Virus record (IMG/VR): IMGVR_UViG_3300045988_163070
Source of the DNA: a virus
Reading direction: 5' to 3' (one strand)
Length of the DNA: 64,000 nt
Below, in pieces: positions 53,780 to 63,447 of this stretch. The notes beneath the pieces are model-generated. The model was given only the letters and a program-made list of their open reading frames with translations. It did no database searches and was not told where the DNA came from. A program made the translations under genes and the position numbers. The first letter of the stretch is position 1. Each line of letters begins with the position of its first letter.

Positions 53780-53818
53780 CAAATATAAAGAAAAAGCCAA
53801 CCGGTTTCCCGATTGGCT
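53780..53818 (-). promoter_or_regulatory. terminator hairpin followed by a TATATTTG -7 box upstream of the tail/baseplate operon
   Basis: AGCCAA...TTGGCT hairpin (53795-53818), then TTTTTCTT and TATATTTG (plus caaatata 53780-53787), about 27 nt before the ATG at 53753. Confidence 0.45.
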
Positions 53819-53857
53819 AAATTCTTGAAAATAACACTTTGCGAAAACGTTCTATAA

Positions 53858-54046
53858 CTACCTGTCTTTCAACACCATTTCTATGCCAAGGAACAAAAAC
53901 GACTTTTCGACATTCGCCAAGCTAATTTTTCCATTGCCTTTTAAAAAGGCATTGAGAGAACTTCTATTTATATCCAAATGCCTGGCTAATTCAATCTGCT
54001 TTATTCCCCTTTTCTTGAGGGCCTCAATTATAATTTCACGTATCAT
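53858..54046 (-). CDS. small XRE-family HTH protein
   Basis: IIEALKKRGIKQIELARHLDINRSSLNAFLKGNGKISLANVEK is a typical HTH_3. Confidence 0.6.
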   Translation of the reverse strand: MIREIIIEALKKRGIKQIELARHLDINRSSLNAFLKGNGKISLANVEKSFLFLGIEMVLKDR

Positions 54047-54192
54047 AAATAGTATTTTGAGACAAATATATGATTCTTGAACGACAATTCGCCCCAGATG
54101 TGGGGCAAATGTCTAACCTCTTTCAGATTTTTGTTTCCAAAGGCACATTCTCAAAGGGTTCGCATCGAAAACTAAGCCATGCGCATTTATTT

Positions 54193-54336
54193 TTATTCTC
54201 CTAACAAATAAACAATATTTTCATCAATGGATATTTCACCTATTGCTTCGTTTGAGTGATCAGCACTTAACAGTCGAACTTCTTTTGATTTATCTTCAAT
54301 TTGAATCAGCTTATTTATTAGCTCTTGTACTATCAT
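54193..54336 (-). CDS. hypothetical small protein (47 aa)
   Basis: Hand-translated MIVQELINKLIQIEDKSKEVRLLSADHSNEAIGEISIDENIVYLLGE, preceded by AAGGGAGGAATTTAATA. Confidence 0.25.
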   Translation of the reverse strand: MIVQELINKLIQIEDKSKEVRLLSADHSNEAIGEISIDENIVYLLGE

Positions 54337-54363
54337 TATTAAATTCCTCCCTTATTTATTATG

Positions 54364-54576
54364 CTAATCAAGTTGTTTATAACTAAATATTGGCATTTTT
54401 TTAGGCCGTGGACATTCTTTTAGGTAGTTTCTATCTTTTGCAATAACATCCCGCAAAGTGCTTTTCTTTAACGCTTTCTTTTGTTTTCGAGGAAGTCTTA
54501 TTAATTTTTTGTATCCGTAAATACCACCTACAATATGCCACATAGTGAAATCAATTCTTAATCCTTCGTACATCAT
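54364..54576 (-). CDS. hypothetical small basic protein
   Basis: 70-aa ORF flanked by AT-rich non-coding DNA. Confidence 0.3.
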   Translation of the reverse strand: MMYEGLRIDFTMWHIVGGIYGYKKLIRLPRKQKKALKKSTLRDVIAKDRNYLKECPRPKKMPIFSYKQLD

Positions 54577-54684
54577 TGTTTATAGTTTTATTTGAACATT
54601 TTATGCAAAGATAAATAATAAGCGGTAAATCCAATGTAGAAAAGAGCTAATTCCTACTTAGTAAGACTCGGTTTACCTCATTTT

Positions 54685-55419
54685 CTATTCTATAATACGG
54701 TCAATCCTTTCTTGCTCTTTTTTAACAAAATCATATAATTCCTTTTCAAAAGCTTGTTTGTGACCTTGGACTTGCCTTGATATTTCTGATTCAAAAATGT
54801 TCATTACATCCTTGGCTATATCTACTATATTTGTTCTTTGTTTATGAATACCCTCTATTATCAATTTATAATTAGGATCTATCTTTTTACACTCTTCTTC
54901 CATCTGAGTTACTATATTTGCAATATTTACCTCCCGTTCCTCTGCCGTGAGTTTATCTTCAGATTCTAAAAACATATGTAGTAAGTTGATACATTTTACC
55001 CATAATCCATAAGTTTCTCTGGTTTTATTTAGGTGGACTAATAATGGATTCGCAACAGGATAGTTTTTTAGTTTTATTAGTTGAATCCTTAACCGGATAT
55101 TATTCAATTGATCTTGATCTGCCATGCGGTCAATTTTGCGTCTATCCTCTGTCGTAAATGTTTTATCTATCCACTTTGAAGAAAAGTCAAGAATATCAAT
55201 AGGCTTCATGGAGTGACTAATATCTAAAATATTATTTACCATTTCATCAAGCCTTTTTTGTTCTTGTTCTCTACGAATTAATAAAACTTGAAGTTTGCGA
55301 TTCTCTCTATTTTGTTTATTAGATACGCTTATAGACCTAAAAGCAATTATCATAGCAATTGCAGTTGCTATTGATCCTATAGCAGTCCAATCAATTGTAT
55401 ATAAATCAACATTCATCAT
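54685..55419 (-). CDS. N-terminally anchored coiled-coil membrane protein (moron candidate)
   Basis: TM segment WTAIGSIATAIAMIIAF, then about 200 aa of helical/coiled sequence. Isolated by non-coding DNA on both sides. Confidence 0.5.
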   Translation of the reverse strand: MMNVDLYTIDWTAIGSIATAIAMIIAFRSISVSNKQNRENRKLQVLLIRREQEQKRLDEMVNNILDISHSMKPIDILDFSSKWIDKTFTTEDRRKIDRMADQDQLNNIRLRIQLIKLKNYPVANPLLVHLNKTRETYGLWVKCINLLHMFLESEDKLTAEEREVNIANIVTQMEEECKKIDPNYKLIIEGIHKQRTNIVDIAKDVMNIFESEISRQVQGHKQAFEKELYDFVKKEQERIDRIIE

Positions 55420-55608
55420 ATTATAGTGTTCATTTGAATTTATTTCATAGTAGTTTCTATTTCATATTTCTACCGTATAAGTCAAGAAACTGTATAAGGA
55501 GCTTATTACAAACACAAAGGTAACAATTTAAGAGAATAATGTAGAATTATCGTTTTTATTTATTTCATTTCTATCTTTAATTACTCCTTTTCAAACATAC
55601 TAAAAAAC

Positions 55609-56208
55609 CTATATCCATTCAGGCTTTACCACTTCGTATCTTTCTTTTAAGTACTCATCCGTTCTACCATCCGGGCGTTGTTCTGAATAGATTATTTGCC
55701 CCGAATCCCATTCAATATCAGACCATCGGAATCCGTCTTTTAACGGTTCGGGAGTATAATTTCGAAATATCAACATACCGCGTTCAGTACGTTCTATAAT
55801 ACTATCAGCGGTATCATATCCATCAATGCCATCCCACCCCGGTCGATTAGTCGGTCGGTAAATTATGCCATCTTCACGTGTCGGGTCAATGTCTGTGATT
55901 ACTCCTTCATAACCAGAACAAGTTTCTATGAACTCTGCCCCAACATGAAGCCAGTATGGCAGTGTGAGCATTAGTGCGAGTTGCCGCTCTTTTTCTTCAG
56001 CAGCTTTCTTTTTCGCAAGCTGCATTGCTGCCCATCGAGCGCGTATCCTCAACACAGAGGAACTTACTTGCCGAAAAAGACGACAGGTGATTGTTTTGTA
56101 TGGATCGAAATATATATTTTTCTTGTCACAGAAATATCGTAATCCATCAACAGGTTCAGCATCGTTGCAAAACTCGCAATCAGTGCATGATTTTTTTCTT
56201 CTTGTCAT
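55609..56208 (-). CDS. hypothetical protein with N-terminal Cys cluster
   Basis: CTDCEFCND...FCDKK at the N-terminus; 199 aa. Confidence 0.5.
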   Translation of the reverse strand: MTRRKKSCTDCEFCNDAEPVDGLRYFCDKKNIYFDPYKTITCRLFRQVSSSVLRIRARWAAMQLAKKKAAEEKERQLALMLTLPYWLHVGAEFIETCSGYEGVITDIDPTREDGIIYRPTNRPGWDGIDGYDTADSIIERTERGMLIFRNYTPEPLKDGFRWSDIEWDSGQIIYSEQRPDGRTDEYLKERYEVVKPEWI

Positions 56209-56243
56209 ATTTAAAACTGTTACATTTCTTTATTTTTATTAAC

Positions 56244-56576
56244 TTAATACCTACTCAATAAGTTGTAAAACATTCGTTTCTTCTCAATGTATTTTAGTCC
56301 GTTCCTGCGAAGTCCCCTTTTAGTCCTGGACACAATCATTTGACAACCTCTAACGCCAACATATATGAAACACGAATGATGTCTTTTAGTTTCTTTAAAA
56401 GCCCACCAAATCGCTTCACGACAATATCTGTAACTATCATTTTGAACACCTTCATAGCCTTTTCGCATTATGAAATGTCCAATTTCGTTAGCTTCTTCTT
56501 TTGAATAGCAAATTGTAAATATATTATTCATATCTTTATTATTATATATGTTCACTAAAATCCTTAATACGCACAT
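56244..56576 (-). CDS. hypothetical protein
   Basis: The ORF-track start is probably too long. The likely start is ATG 56529-56531 (MNNIFTICYSKEEANEIGHF...). Confidence 0.4.
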   Translation of the reverse strand: MCVLRILVNIYNNKDMNNIFTICYSKEEANEIGHFIMRKGYEGVQNDSYRYCREAIWWAFKETKRHHSCFIYVGVRGCQMIVSRTKRGLRRNGLKYIEKKRMFYNLLSRY

Positions 56577-56688
56577 CTATCTGCTTTACCACTTCCTGTA
56601 AGATGCTAATACATTCATCAACCGGATATTCAGCTAACAGATCGTCGATATTTTGAATGATATCATTGGCTGCAATACTATTACTCAT
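56542..56688 (-). CDS. hypothetical small protein (48 aa)
   Basis: Hand-translated MSNSIAANDIIQNIDDLLAEYPVDECISILQEVVKQIDVRIKDFSEHI. Confidence 0.25.
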   Translation of the reverse strand: MSNSIAANDIIQNIDDLLAEYPVDECISILQEVVKQIDVRIKDFSEHI

Positions 56689-56735
56689 CTATTCTGTTAT
56701 TAGTTGTTTCCAAAATGGAAAACTCTGATTCATAT

Positions 56736-56951
56736 TTAAAAATTGGGGTTCTCTAATGCTTCTGTAAGTTCTTCTTCAGTAATGCTCTCACAGATGTTTG
56801 AATCATCTATGTAAACATTATATCCAGTCTCATTGCGAGACACTTCCAATACACGAACTTCACCGGTTGGTGATTCTACTCTATAAATTGTTTTCATATT
56901 TTCTGAAATTAAAAGGTTAGAACATAGTATCATCACACACAATAGCGTCAC
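56736..56951 (-). CDS. hypothetical small protein
   Basis: 71-aa ORF. Confidence 0.35.
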   Translation of the reverse strand: MTLLCVMILCSNLLISENMKTIYRVESPTGEVRVLEVSRNETGYNVYIDDSNICESITEEELTEALENPNF

Positions 56952-57192
56952 CGGCTATATAATCATCGGGAAAAATAGCACTATTCATTAATGCAATCCG
57001 AGTAGCCTCAACATTCAACTCAAAGTGGAATTTACCCTCCTCATTCATTATCATTATTTTATTAGGGCAAATATCAATGACTTGAACATAGCCATTTACT
57101 AAACTCTGCGCTTCTTTTAGGGTAAAGCAGTTCCCATTCACCGGAGAAATCTCAACTGTTTCTCCGGTAACTTTCAACAAAGTGGCTTTCAT
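56917..57192 (-). CDS. DUF3846-like protein
   Basis: KVTGETVEISPVNGNCFTLKEAQSLVNGYVQVIDI...MIMNEEGKF...N..AT fits my recollection of DUF3846. Confidence 0.45.
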   Translation of the reverse strand: MKATLLKVTGETVEISPVNGNCFTLKEAQSLVNGYVQVIDICPNKIMIMNEEGKFHFELNVEATRIALMNSAIFPDDYIAGDAIVCDDTMF

Positions 57193-57196
57193 ATGC

Positions 57197-57451
57197 TTAC
57201 CCTTCTGTGGTTAGTGTCAGGCAGATACTTTCAAGCATATCTCCCTTTTGCTTTTCCAGTTCAATACGGCTTGTTAGCTGCTGTAATTGTTGAGAAAGCA
57301 TTTTTATATTCCCAATATTACTCCCTTGATTAGTATGGGTGTTGAGGCTGTTATGTGTATCACCTATGAGCTGATTAGCTTGTGCTATGAGGGTAGCAAG
57401 CTCTTGCCTGCTATCCTCTTTTCTCTTTGAGTAGTATTCTAATGGAGTCAT
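57197..57451 (-). CDS. hypothetical coiled-coil protein
   Basis: 84-aa ORF. Confidence 0.4.
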   Translation of the reverse strand: MTPLEYYSKRKEDSRQELATLIAQANQLIGDTHNSLNTHTNQGSNIGNIKMLSQQLQQLTSRIELEKQKGDMLESICLTLTTEG

Positions 57452-57452
57452 A

Positions 57453-57785
57453 TCAATACACGGTTACAAGATTCTCAATTTTGAAGCTTCTAAACTCCTG
57501 CTTATCAACATCGAAGTAAGAGAAAGTCTTATAAGAAGGCTTTGTCATACGTTTACCCTTGTTTGTCGCACCTGCAGGCACATTTTTAAGAGTGCCGATA
57601 GCATAACGAATACTGCCATTCACTTTCTCATAGGCGAATTTAACTTCACCGCTTCTCATTCTTTTAGCAAGTCTGTAAAGCTCCCACGCTTTTAGCAGAC
57701 AATATTTCCAACTCTTTTTTGTTGTTGAAAGGAGGTGATGAGCATACTTCATCACTCTGGCTCTAAAATTAGACTTTGTTTCCAT
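57453..57785 (-). CDS. DUF2693-like (SH3-like barrel) protein
   Basis: EVKFAYEKVNGSIRYAIGTLKNVP...TFSYFDVDKQEFRSFKIENL resembles DUF2693, which is common in Bacteroides phages. Confidence 0.45.
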   Translation of the reverse strand: METKSNFRARVMKYAHHLLSTTKKSWKYCLLKAWELYRLAKRMRSGEVKFAYEKVNGSIRYAIGTLKNVPAGATNKGKRMTKPSYKTFSYFDVDKQEFRSFKIENLVTVY

Positions 57786-57827
57786 AATTCACTTTTTTTG
57801 GTTTGACTTTTATGTTATTTGGTATTG

Positions 57828-57860
57828 CAAATATAGCCATTTGTTAGGTAATAGCCTAAC
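57828..57860 (-). promoter_or_regulatory. TATATTTG promoter with an overlapping palindromic operator
   Basis: Minus TATATTTG (plus 57828-57835). The inverted repeat GTTAGG-taatag-CCTAAC (57843-57860) lies over the spacer/-33 region. Confidence 0.5.
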
Positions 57861-57912
57861 AAAATAGATATTTTTTTTCTTCAACAGCCTTTTTCAAACC
57901 ATTTTTAACGAA

Positions 57913-58386
57913 TTAATAATCAAGTTCTTGATATAACATCTTCCGACCAAATGAAATGCGGCTTCGGACTGTTCCAGTCGGGACATTCAACAGTTCACTT
58001 ATTTCGTCATAGGAATATCCCTGGGCACAATATATTAAGCTATCCATACAACATGATTTTTGGGCACACCGGCGAATGGCAGACACAACATCATTAAACA
58101 TTGCCAAATTAGAAGCATAATCAGAAGAAGCATTTTCAACTGCTGAATCATATCCAATAAAATGTATGAGAGAATTTCTATTGTACTGCGTAATATAAGT
58201 ATTCTGCATGACAGCAAGGCACCACGGTTTCAAAGGTTTTGATACATCGAACTTATCACGATTTATAAGCATTTTGTACACCGTGTCACCGGCTAAATCT
58301 TCTGCATCCTGCATAGATCGGCAGAATCTTTTCGCTACACGTAATATCCAGGGATATATTTCTGATACTTCCTTTTCAAAGTCCAT
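57913..58386 (-). CDS. ECF-type sigma-70 family sigma factor
   Basis: Region 2-like AEDLAGDTVYKMLINRDKFDVSKPLKPWCLAVMQNTYITQYNR and region 4-like YSYDEISELLNVPTGTVRSRISFGRKML. Confidence 0.75.
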   Translation of the reverse strand: MDFEKEVSEIYPWILRVAKRFCRSMQDAEDLAGDTVYKMLINRDKFDVSKPLKPWCLAVMQNTYITQYNRNSLIHFIGYDSAVENASSDYASNLAMFNDVVSAIRRCAQKSCCMDSLIYCAQGYSYDEISELLNVPTGTVRSRISFGRKMLYQELDY

Positions 58387-58663
58387 TGTCAGCCCTCCTT
58401 ATTAGGTGTATCTTAGGTTCACCATTAATGCACCTTTCCACATATTCCCGATGCATTATGCTTTGTTCGTGCATTTCTTTAGCAGAACGCTCGATAGAAC
58501 TAATGATAGTGCCTATGTCAGGGGGTAACGAGGCAATCATTTCTTTTACTGCGGATACTTCAAATGTTATCCGATCACACTTCGTTTCCAAGGTACGAAG
58601 TTCTGACAATAAAACATTGCATAAACGCTTATTTATGCAGTTTGCGTTGTTCTTTCTATTCAT
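58376..58663 (-). CDS. hypothetical protein upstream of and overlapping the sigma factor gene
   Basis: 95-aa ORF with an 11-nt overlap with the sigma gene start. Confidence 0.4.
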   Translation of the reverse strand: MNRKNNANCINKRLCNVLLSELRTLETKCDRITFEVSAVKEMIASLPPDIGTIISSIERSAKEMHEQSIMHREYVERCINGEPKIHLIRRADNGL

Positions 58664-58668
58664 AAAAA

Positions 58669-58708
58669 AGGTCGTTTGTGATTCCTAAAAAGGAGTTACT
58701 AACGACCT
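58669..58708 (-). terminator. intrinsic (bidirectional-looking) terminator between the tape-measure operon and the regulatory block
   Basis: AGGTCGTT-N24-AACGACCT, flanked by A-runs and T-runs (minus strand: hairpin then TTTTTTAT). Confidence 0.6.
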
Positions 58709-58769
58709 TCGAAAAAATTCGATTGTTATTGAGATTTAATTAATTCTATATCAATATGAAATATAACAT

Positions 58770-59348
58770 TTACGTCCTTTTCTTCTTCATGCTTATCTCT
58801 ACATCTGCCTGATGGACGATGTTTGCATAAACAGCAGCATTTATGTTCCGGACATCAATATTCATTTTAAAAAAAGTCATAAGAAAAGCTATTTCAGCAT
58901 CAAAAGAAGAACGTATCTGTTCCGGAGTAGCTTTTTCTTTCTTCTCATCAGAACGCATATCATCGCTTCTCTTTTGCTCAAATAAAGCAGATCGCAACAA
59001 TTCTTCAACTTTAGACTTAACTTGTTCATCAGACATGGATTTCGTATCATATGATAACAAAGCCAAAGTCTCCCGGACATCTTCATAAGCATCAATAGCA
59101 ATCAGAGAAATACAAACTTTAAAAAGCAAAACACGTGCCCTCTCTTTTATCATATCCTCACGATCAACTAACACAGATTTCAATCCGGACGGATTAGTTA
59201 TCTTCTTGTACTCTATTATCAAATCAGATGAACGTTTCTTTAATTCCATCTCATTAATATCCTCATCTGGTGAAAGTAATACGGAGCAATCACCACATGA
59301 AAGCTCTATAAAATCATATAGAGATAATTGGTTCAATCTTTCAATCAT
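58770..59348 (-). CDS. hypothetical protein following the tape measure
   Basis: 192-aa ORF overlapping the tape-measure stop by 4 nt. Confidence 0.45.
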   Translation of the reverse strand: MIERLNQLSLYDFIELSCGDCSVLLSPDEDINEMELKKRSSDLIIEYKKITNPSGLKSVLVDREDMIKERARVLLFKVCISLIAIDAYEDVRETLALLSYDTKSMSDEQVKSKVEELLRSALFEQKRSDDMRSDEKKEKATPEQIRSSFDAEIAFLMTFFKMNIDVRNINAAVYANIVHQADVEISMKKKRT

Positions 59349-62300
59349 AACCGGGAAAGCATATAATATTTATAATCACGGGCACACGCATCTTTATGTT
59401 GCTGCTTACCAATACTGCGTAGTTCATGACGTAAGCCCTTTATTTCATATTTCAAATCACTATAATCATTGAAAATAATAGGTTCACCAGTAGTATCCAC
59501 TCCTACAAAGGTGGGAGAAAGAGAGGGAACATCCCATTCCGGAACATCCCAATCAGGCAAATCAATAGAGCTCACATCCGGAAATACCTGTGCACCTTTA
59601 GGAAGATCCACAAGTGTAGGAGTATCGGGTGTCACCCATGCTTTACCGGCATACATGACAACCTCATGTTTACCAGCATCACCCACGAGCGCCTTACCGC
59701 CCGGATGAGCACCGTCTTTCGTTCCTTCAGCATAAGAAGGAATCGGTGTAGCGAGAATAGTTGCCACTTGAATAGCTCCCAATGCTCCTATCAAGATTGA
59801 TAACGGGATATTGGGCAACGCTTCAGTAATAGCAAGTGCAGTCGCTATTCCAGCCTGGGCAATACTCGTTGCTTTCTCCCATACAGCTTGTTTATGAGCA
59901 ATCTCTTGCTTTTTCTTTTCAAGCTCCTCATTCTTGGCTTCAGTAGCAGCTTTTGCAGAACGTTTACGGGCTTCGGCTTCCTCTTCCGATATGGCACCTT
60001 GTTCAGCCTGCTTTTCATAACGTTCTACATCTTTTTCATACTTCTCATCGTTTGCATCCTGTTCTTCCTCTATTCGGTCAATCTGACCGTCATAAACAGT
60101 ACTGACAAGACTACCGATTGCACCGACAGCTTGAGATGCAGTCTGCAACCATTTTTTGAGATTCTTTTGACGTTCTTTCTGCGCTTTTTCATCTGCCTTG
60201 GTAACACTATTGATAGCAGCAATCTCTGCTTCTGCTTCCTCTTCGGCAAGATCAGCCTTTAATTTCTGCAACTGTTCGGCAATCTTAGCCCTATCATCCG
60301 CACTAAGGTTATCAGCTTGAAGTTCCAATTCTAAGGCATCAATAGCGGCTTCGGTAGTCTTTCGAGCATAATCAAGCCGTAACCGGTATTCCTCTGCCGC
60401 ATATTCCTGCTGTGTAATTTGCTTAGAAGCCAGTTTCTTTTTCAACGCAAGCATATCCATGATGTGTTCTTCATCACGAATCTTTTGCTCATGAGATGCA
60501 TTTTCAGCGATCAATGAAATTTGATCGGAAGCATACTTCTCATACAACTCCTTTTTCTTCTTTGCATACTTTTCAGCAATGAGGAACACATCTTCACCAG
60601 TTTTCTCTGCTGCATCAATTTCACTCTCACGTTGAAGTTCCAACTGTTGAAGTTTTAAATCCAATTCCTCTTTAGAACCTTTTCTAACAACAGTAAGGGC
60701 GTTTTCAATATCCTTCTTTTCACGATCTGAATTATACTTGATGGAATATTCATCAAGAGCACGCTGCATCTCTTTAGCAAGATTCTTCCGGGTTGCAATC
60801 TCTTCCCTACTATATCCCTTAACAGCAGCTATCTTCTTTGAATACTCAATACCAATACGGGCAAGTTCTTTCTCTAATCCCTCATCCATAAGGGAAAGTT
60901 CTGATTCTTGGTAAGTCTGTTGGATTTTCAATTTCTCCTGTGCAGCTTTCTCCAATTCGCGTTTTTCCTTATCAGTGAGAGGTTTTTTGAAAGTACTTTC
61001 TGTATTTTCATTCTTTGGATTAAATTTTTCTGCAATTTTATCAAGTCCAGCATTAAATTCATCACTCGAATATATCCTAAAGAAATTTTTAGAAAACTCT
61101 AATTGCGCCCTATCAGCTTTTTGAGCTTCTTTTGTATATACTCCAAACATCTTAGCACCTGCATTTTTAAACCATGACATATTTTCAAATTCTGATGTAG
61201 AGTACAGGGCACCAGTTTTCATTCTTTCTAAAGCCTTACGTTCTTGAGCTGTCACTTCAATTCGTTTATTCTTCATTTGAATAACAGCTTTGGTATATGC
61301 TTCTTCCTCTGAATCGCCTGCATCAAGAAGTCTCTTATACTCACTTTGAAACTCTTTTTCAGCTTCCAATATTTTATTATTTGCATCCTTTTGTGCAAGT
61401 CCTCTAAAGTTTGTTTCTATTTGAGTTATTTTATCTTCGGGAGATTTTAAATCATTAGCTATGCTTCTAATCTTATCGGCCATCCAATTAAGAAACTCTT
61501 TTGCAGGACCTGTTGATTCAGAAAATGAGAGCATGAATGCTTCCCATGCAGACGAAAGATTAGCCAAAGCTCCCTGAACATTATCTCCCATTGTGTGTGC
61601 CATATTAGCAAGCTCTCCATCTACACCAGTTATTTGATCACGTAATGGAACAATCTTATCAGCGGCAGTAAGGAAAGCGTTGAAAGCTGCTACACTCCGT
61701 TTATCCGTCATTTCAAGAGTAGTATTCAAATCTACTCCCTGCTCTTTCAACTTCTGTAAACCAATAACCAATTCAGGCAATGTCTTTACAGGACCTCCCA
61801 GTGATTTTGCAAGTACACCATTAGTATCAGCTAAATTTAATAGAATATTACGTGTAGCGGTAGCAGACATAGAAGCATCAAAGCCAGCATCTGCAAGTTT
61901 TCCAACCAATGCTAAAGTATCCTCTATGGTAAAATTGAAAGCTTTAGCAACCGGGCCTACGATAGGTAATGCAGTAGCAAGGTATGAAAAAGATAAAGCG
62001 CTTTTCGAGGTTGCAACTGCCATAGCAGAAACATAGCGTTCAGTTTCTTTGGTATCTGCATTAAACATTCTCAAAGCTGCACCTGATAAAGCGGCAGCAT
62101 CTGATAATTCAGCACCAGTCGCTTGAGCAAATTTGAGTACAGCTTCTGTTGATTCTAAAATTTCTTTTCTAGTAAATCCTAATTTTGCTAACTCTATTTG
62201 TAATTCAGTAGCTTCCGAAGCAGTATATTTAGTAGTAGCTCCCAAACGTTGAGCATCAGAAGTTAATTCTTTTATTTTATTTGAAGTAGTACCTAATATA

Positions 62301-63253
62301 GCTGCAAGACGGCTATTGGCATATTCAAACTTAACGATATCCCCAACCCCTTCACGTAATTTGGTGAATAAAGCAACAACACCTGTAACAACAGCTTGTG
62401 CACCAATATATCCAGCAGCTATGCCTTTTAACCCCATGCCGACTTGACTCAAGCCTTTACCCATGTGCTGTTGAAGCATCAAACCGGAATTTCGAGCAAT
62501 AATACCCATGTTTTTCATAGATCTATTGCCATTCTCTAATTCAATGATAGCAGCTTTGATTTCTTCCCGATATGCACCTACTGTCATCTTCTGCTGTGTG
62601 TACCGGTCGGAGTTACGTTTCACATAATCGGTATTAATACCTATTGTGGAGTTAAGGCGTGCAAGAGTCCGGATATAGTTCTCATCAGTATCTTTCAATA
62701 CATCTACAGCCTTTTGAAGCTGTTTATTCATTTCTTTTGCTTGTGCCTTACTATGTACTTCCTGATTGGTTAGAGTGATAGCTGTCCGGATGAGCTTTAA
62801 CCGTTCTTCCTCTGTCAATACAGTTTTCTTACGAGTACTATTACCTGCATTTTGAGCTTTGGTTAAGTTGGCTTCTGCTTTAGCACTTTTTTCTAAAGAA
62901 GAAGCATTATCAGCACTCGCCTTAGTAAGTTTCTTGATTTCAGCAGTGGAAAGCTTTTCTGTATTCAACTTTTCCTCTATACGTTTTGTCACAGTCTGGG
63001 ATATTTCCGACTGTTTTCTAAGAGCTTCGGTCAATTCATTAGAAGCGGAACTCGCATTTTTAGATTGAGTAGTATATATAGAGCCTAACTTTTCAAGATC
63101 GGCAATTCCGTCCACATTAATCTTTAACCCTTTTGCAAGATCTTTGGCCGCATTGGCATACGTTGCCCTTACACGCTCAATAGTATTATCCAGTTCAACC
63201 AATGTCTGAATCTCACCATCCTTTACAAGTCCTTCTATTACTAATTCTGCCAT
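59345..63253 (-). CDS. tail tape measure protein
   Basis: 1302 aa, largely coiled coil. The TP901-type core is recognisable (LGATTKYTASEATELQIELAKLGF...ALPIVGPVAKAFNFTIEDTLALVGKLADAGFDASMSATATRNILLNL). Confidence 0.9.
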   Translation of the reverse strand: MAELVIEGLVKDGEIQTLVELDNTIERVRATYANAAKDLAKGLKINVDGIADLEKLGSIYTTQSKNASSASNELTEALRKQSEISQTVTKRIEEKLNTEKLSTAEIKKLTKASADNASSLEKSAKAEANLTKAQNAGNSTRKKTVLTEEERLKLIRTAITLTNQEVHSKAQAKEMNKQLQKAVDVLKDTDENYIRTLARLNSTIGINTDYVKRNSDRYTQQKMTVGAYREEIKAAIIELENGNRSMKNMGIIARNSGLMLQQHMGKGLSQVGMGLKGIAAGYIGAQAVVTGVVALFTKLREGVGDIVKFEYANSRLAAILGTTSNKIKELTSDAQRLGATTKYTASEATELQIELAKLGFTRKEILESTEAVLKFAQATGAELSDAAALSGAALRMFNADTKETERYVSAMAVATSKSALSFSYLATALPIVGPVAKAFNFTIEDTLALVGKLADAGFDASMSATATRNILLNLADTNGVLAKSLGGPVKTLPELVIGLQKLKEQGVDLNTTLEMTDKRSVAAFNAFLTAADKIVPLRDQITGVDGELANMAHTMGDNVQGALANLSSAWEAFMLSFSESTGPAKEFLNWMADKIRSIANDLKSPEDKITQIETNFRGLAQKDANNKILEAEKEFQSEYKRLLDAGDSEEEAYTKAVIQMKNKRIEVTAQERKALERMKTGALYSTSEFENMSWFKNAGAKMFGVYTKEAQKADRAQLEFSKNFFRIYSSDEFNAGLDKIAEKFNPKNENTESTFKKPLTDKEKRELEKAAQEKLKIQQTYQESELSLMDEGLEKELARIGIEYSKKIAAVKGYSREEIATRKNLAKEMQRALDEYSIKYNSDREKKDIENALTVVRKGSKEELDLKLQQLELQRESEIDAAEKTGEDVFLIAEKYAKKKKELYEKYASDQISLIAENASHEQKIRDEEHIMDMLALKKKLASKQITQQEYAAEEYRLRLDYARKTTEAAIDALELELQADNLSADDRAKIAEQLQKLKADLAEEEAEAEIAAINSVTKADEKAQKERQKNLKKWLQTASQAVGAIGSLVSTVYDGQIDRIEEEQDANDEKYEKDVERYEKQAEQGAISEEEAEARKRSAKAATEAKNEELEKKKQEIAHKQAVWEKATSIAQAGIATALAITEALPNIPLSILIGALGAIQVATILATPIPSYAEGTKDGAHPGGKALVGDAGKHEVVMYAGKAWVTPDTPTLVDLPKGAQVFPDVSSIDLPDWDVPEWDVPSLSPTFVGVDTTGEPIIFNDYSDLKYEIKGLRHELRSIGKQQHKDACARDYKYYMLSRL

Positions 63254-63255
63254 AA

Positions 63256-63444
63256 TTATAGGTAATGTCTATATTCGATAATCTTTCCTTTAATCTCATT
63301 CCCAACCTTATCAAAAGCATAGGTACCGTCCTCTTTTTGATAAACAACATACATACAGCCATCTAAAATAGCTGCTTTCTTCGCCAGTTCACTGATACGA
63401 TCCAGTTCACTTTGCATTTTCTTTATCTCGCATCCACAAGCCAT
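63256..63444 (-). CDS. small protein in tail-assembly-chaperone position
   Basis: 62-aa ORF directly upstream of the tape measure. Confidence 0.4.
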   Translation of the reverse strand: MACGCEIKKMQSELDRISELAKKAAILDGCMYVVYQKEDGTYAFDKVGNEIKGKIIEYRHYL

Positions 63445-63447
63445 AGC

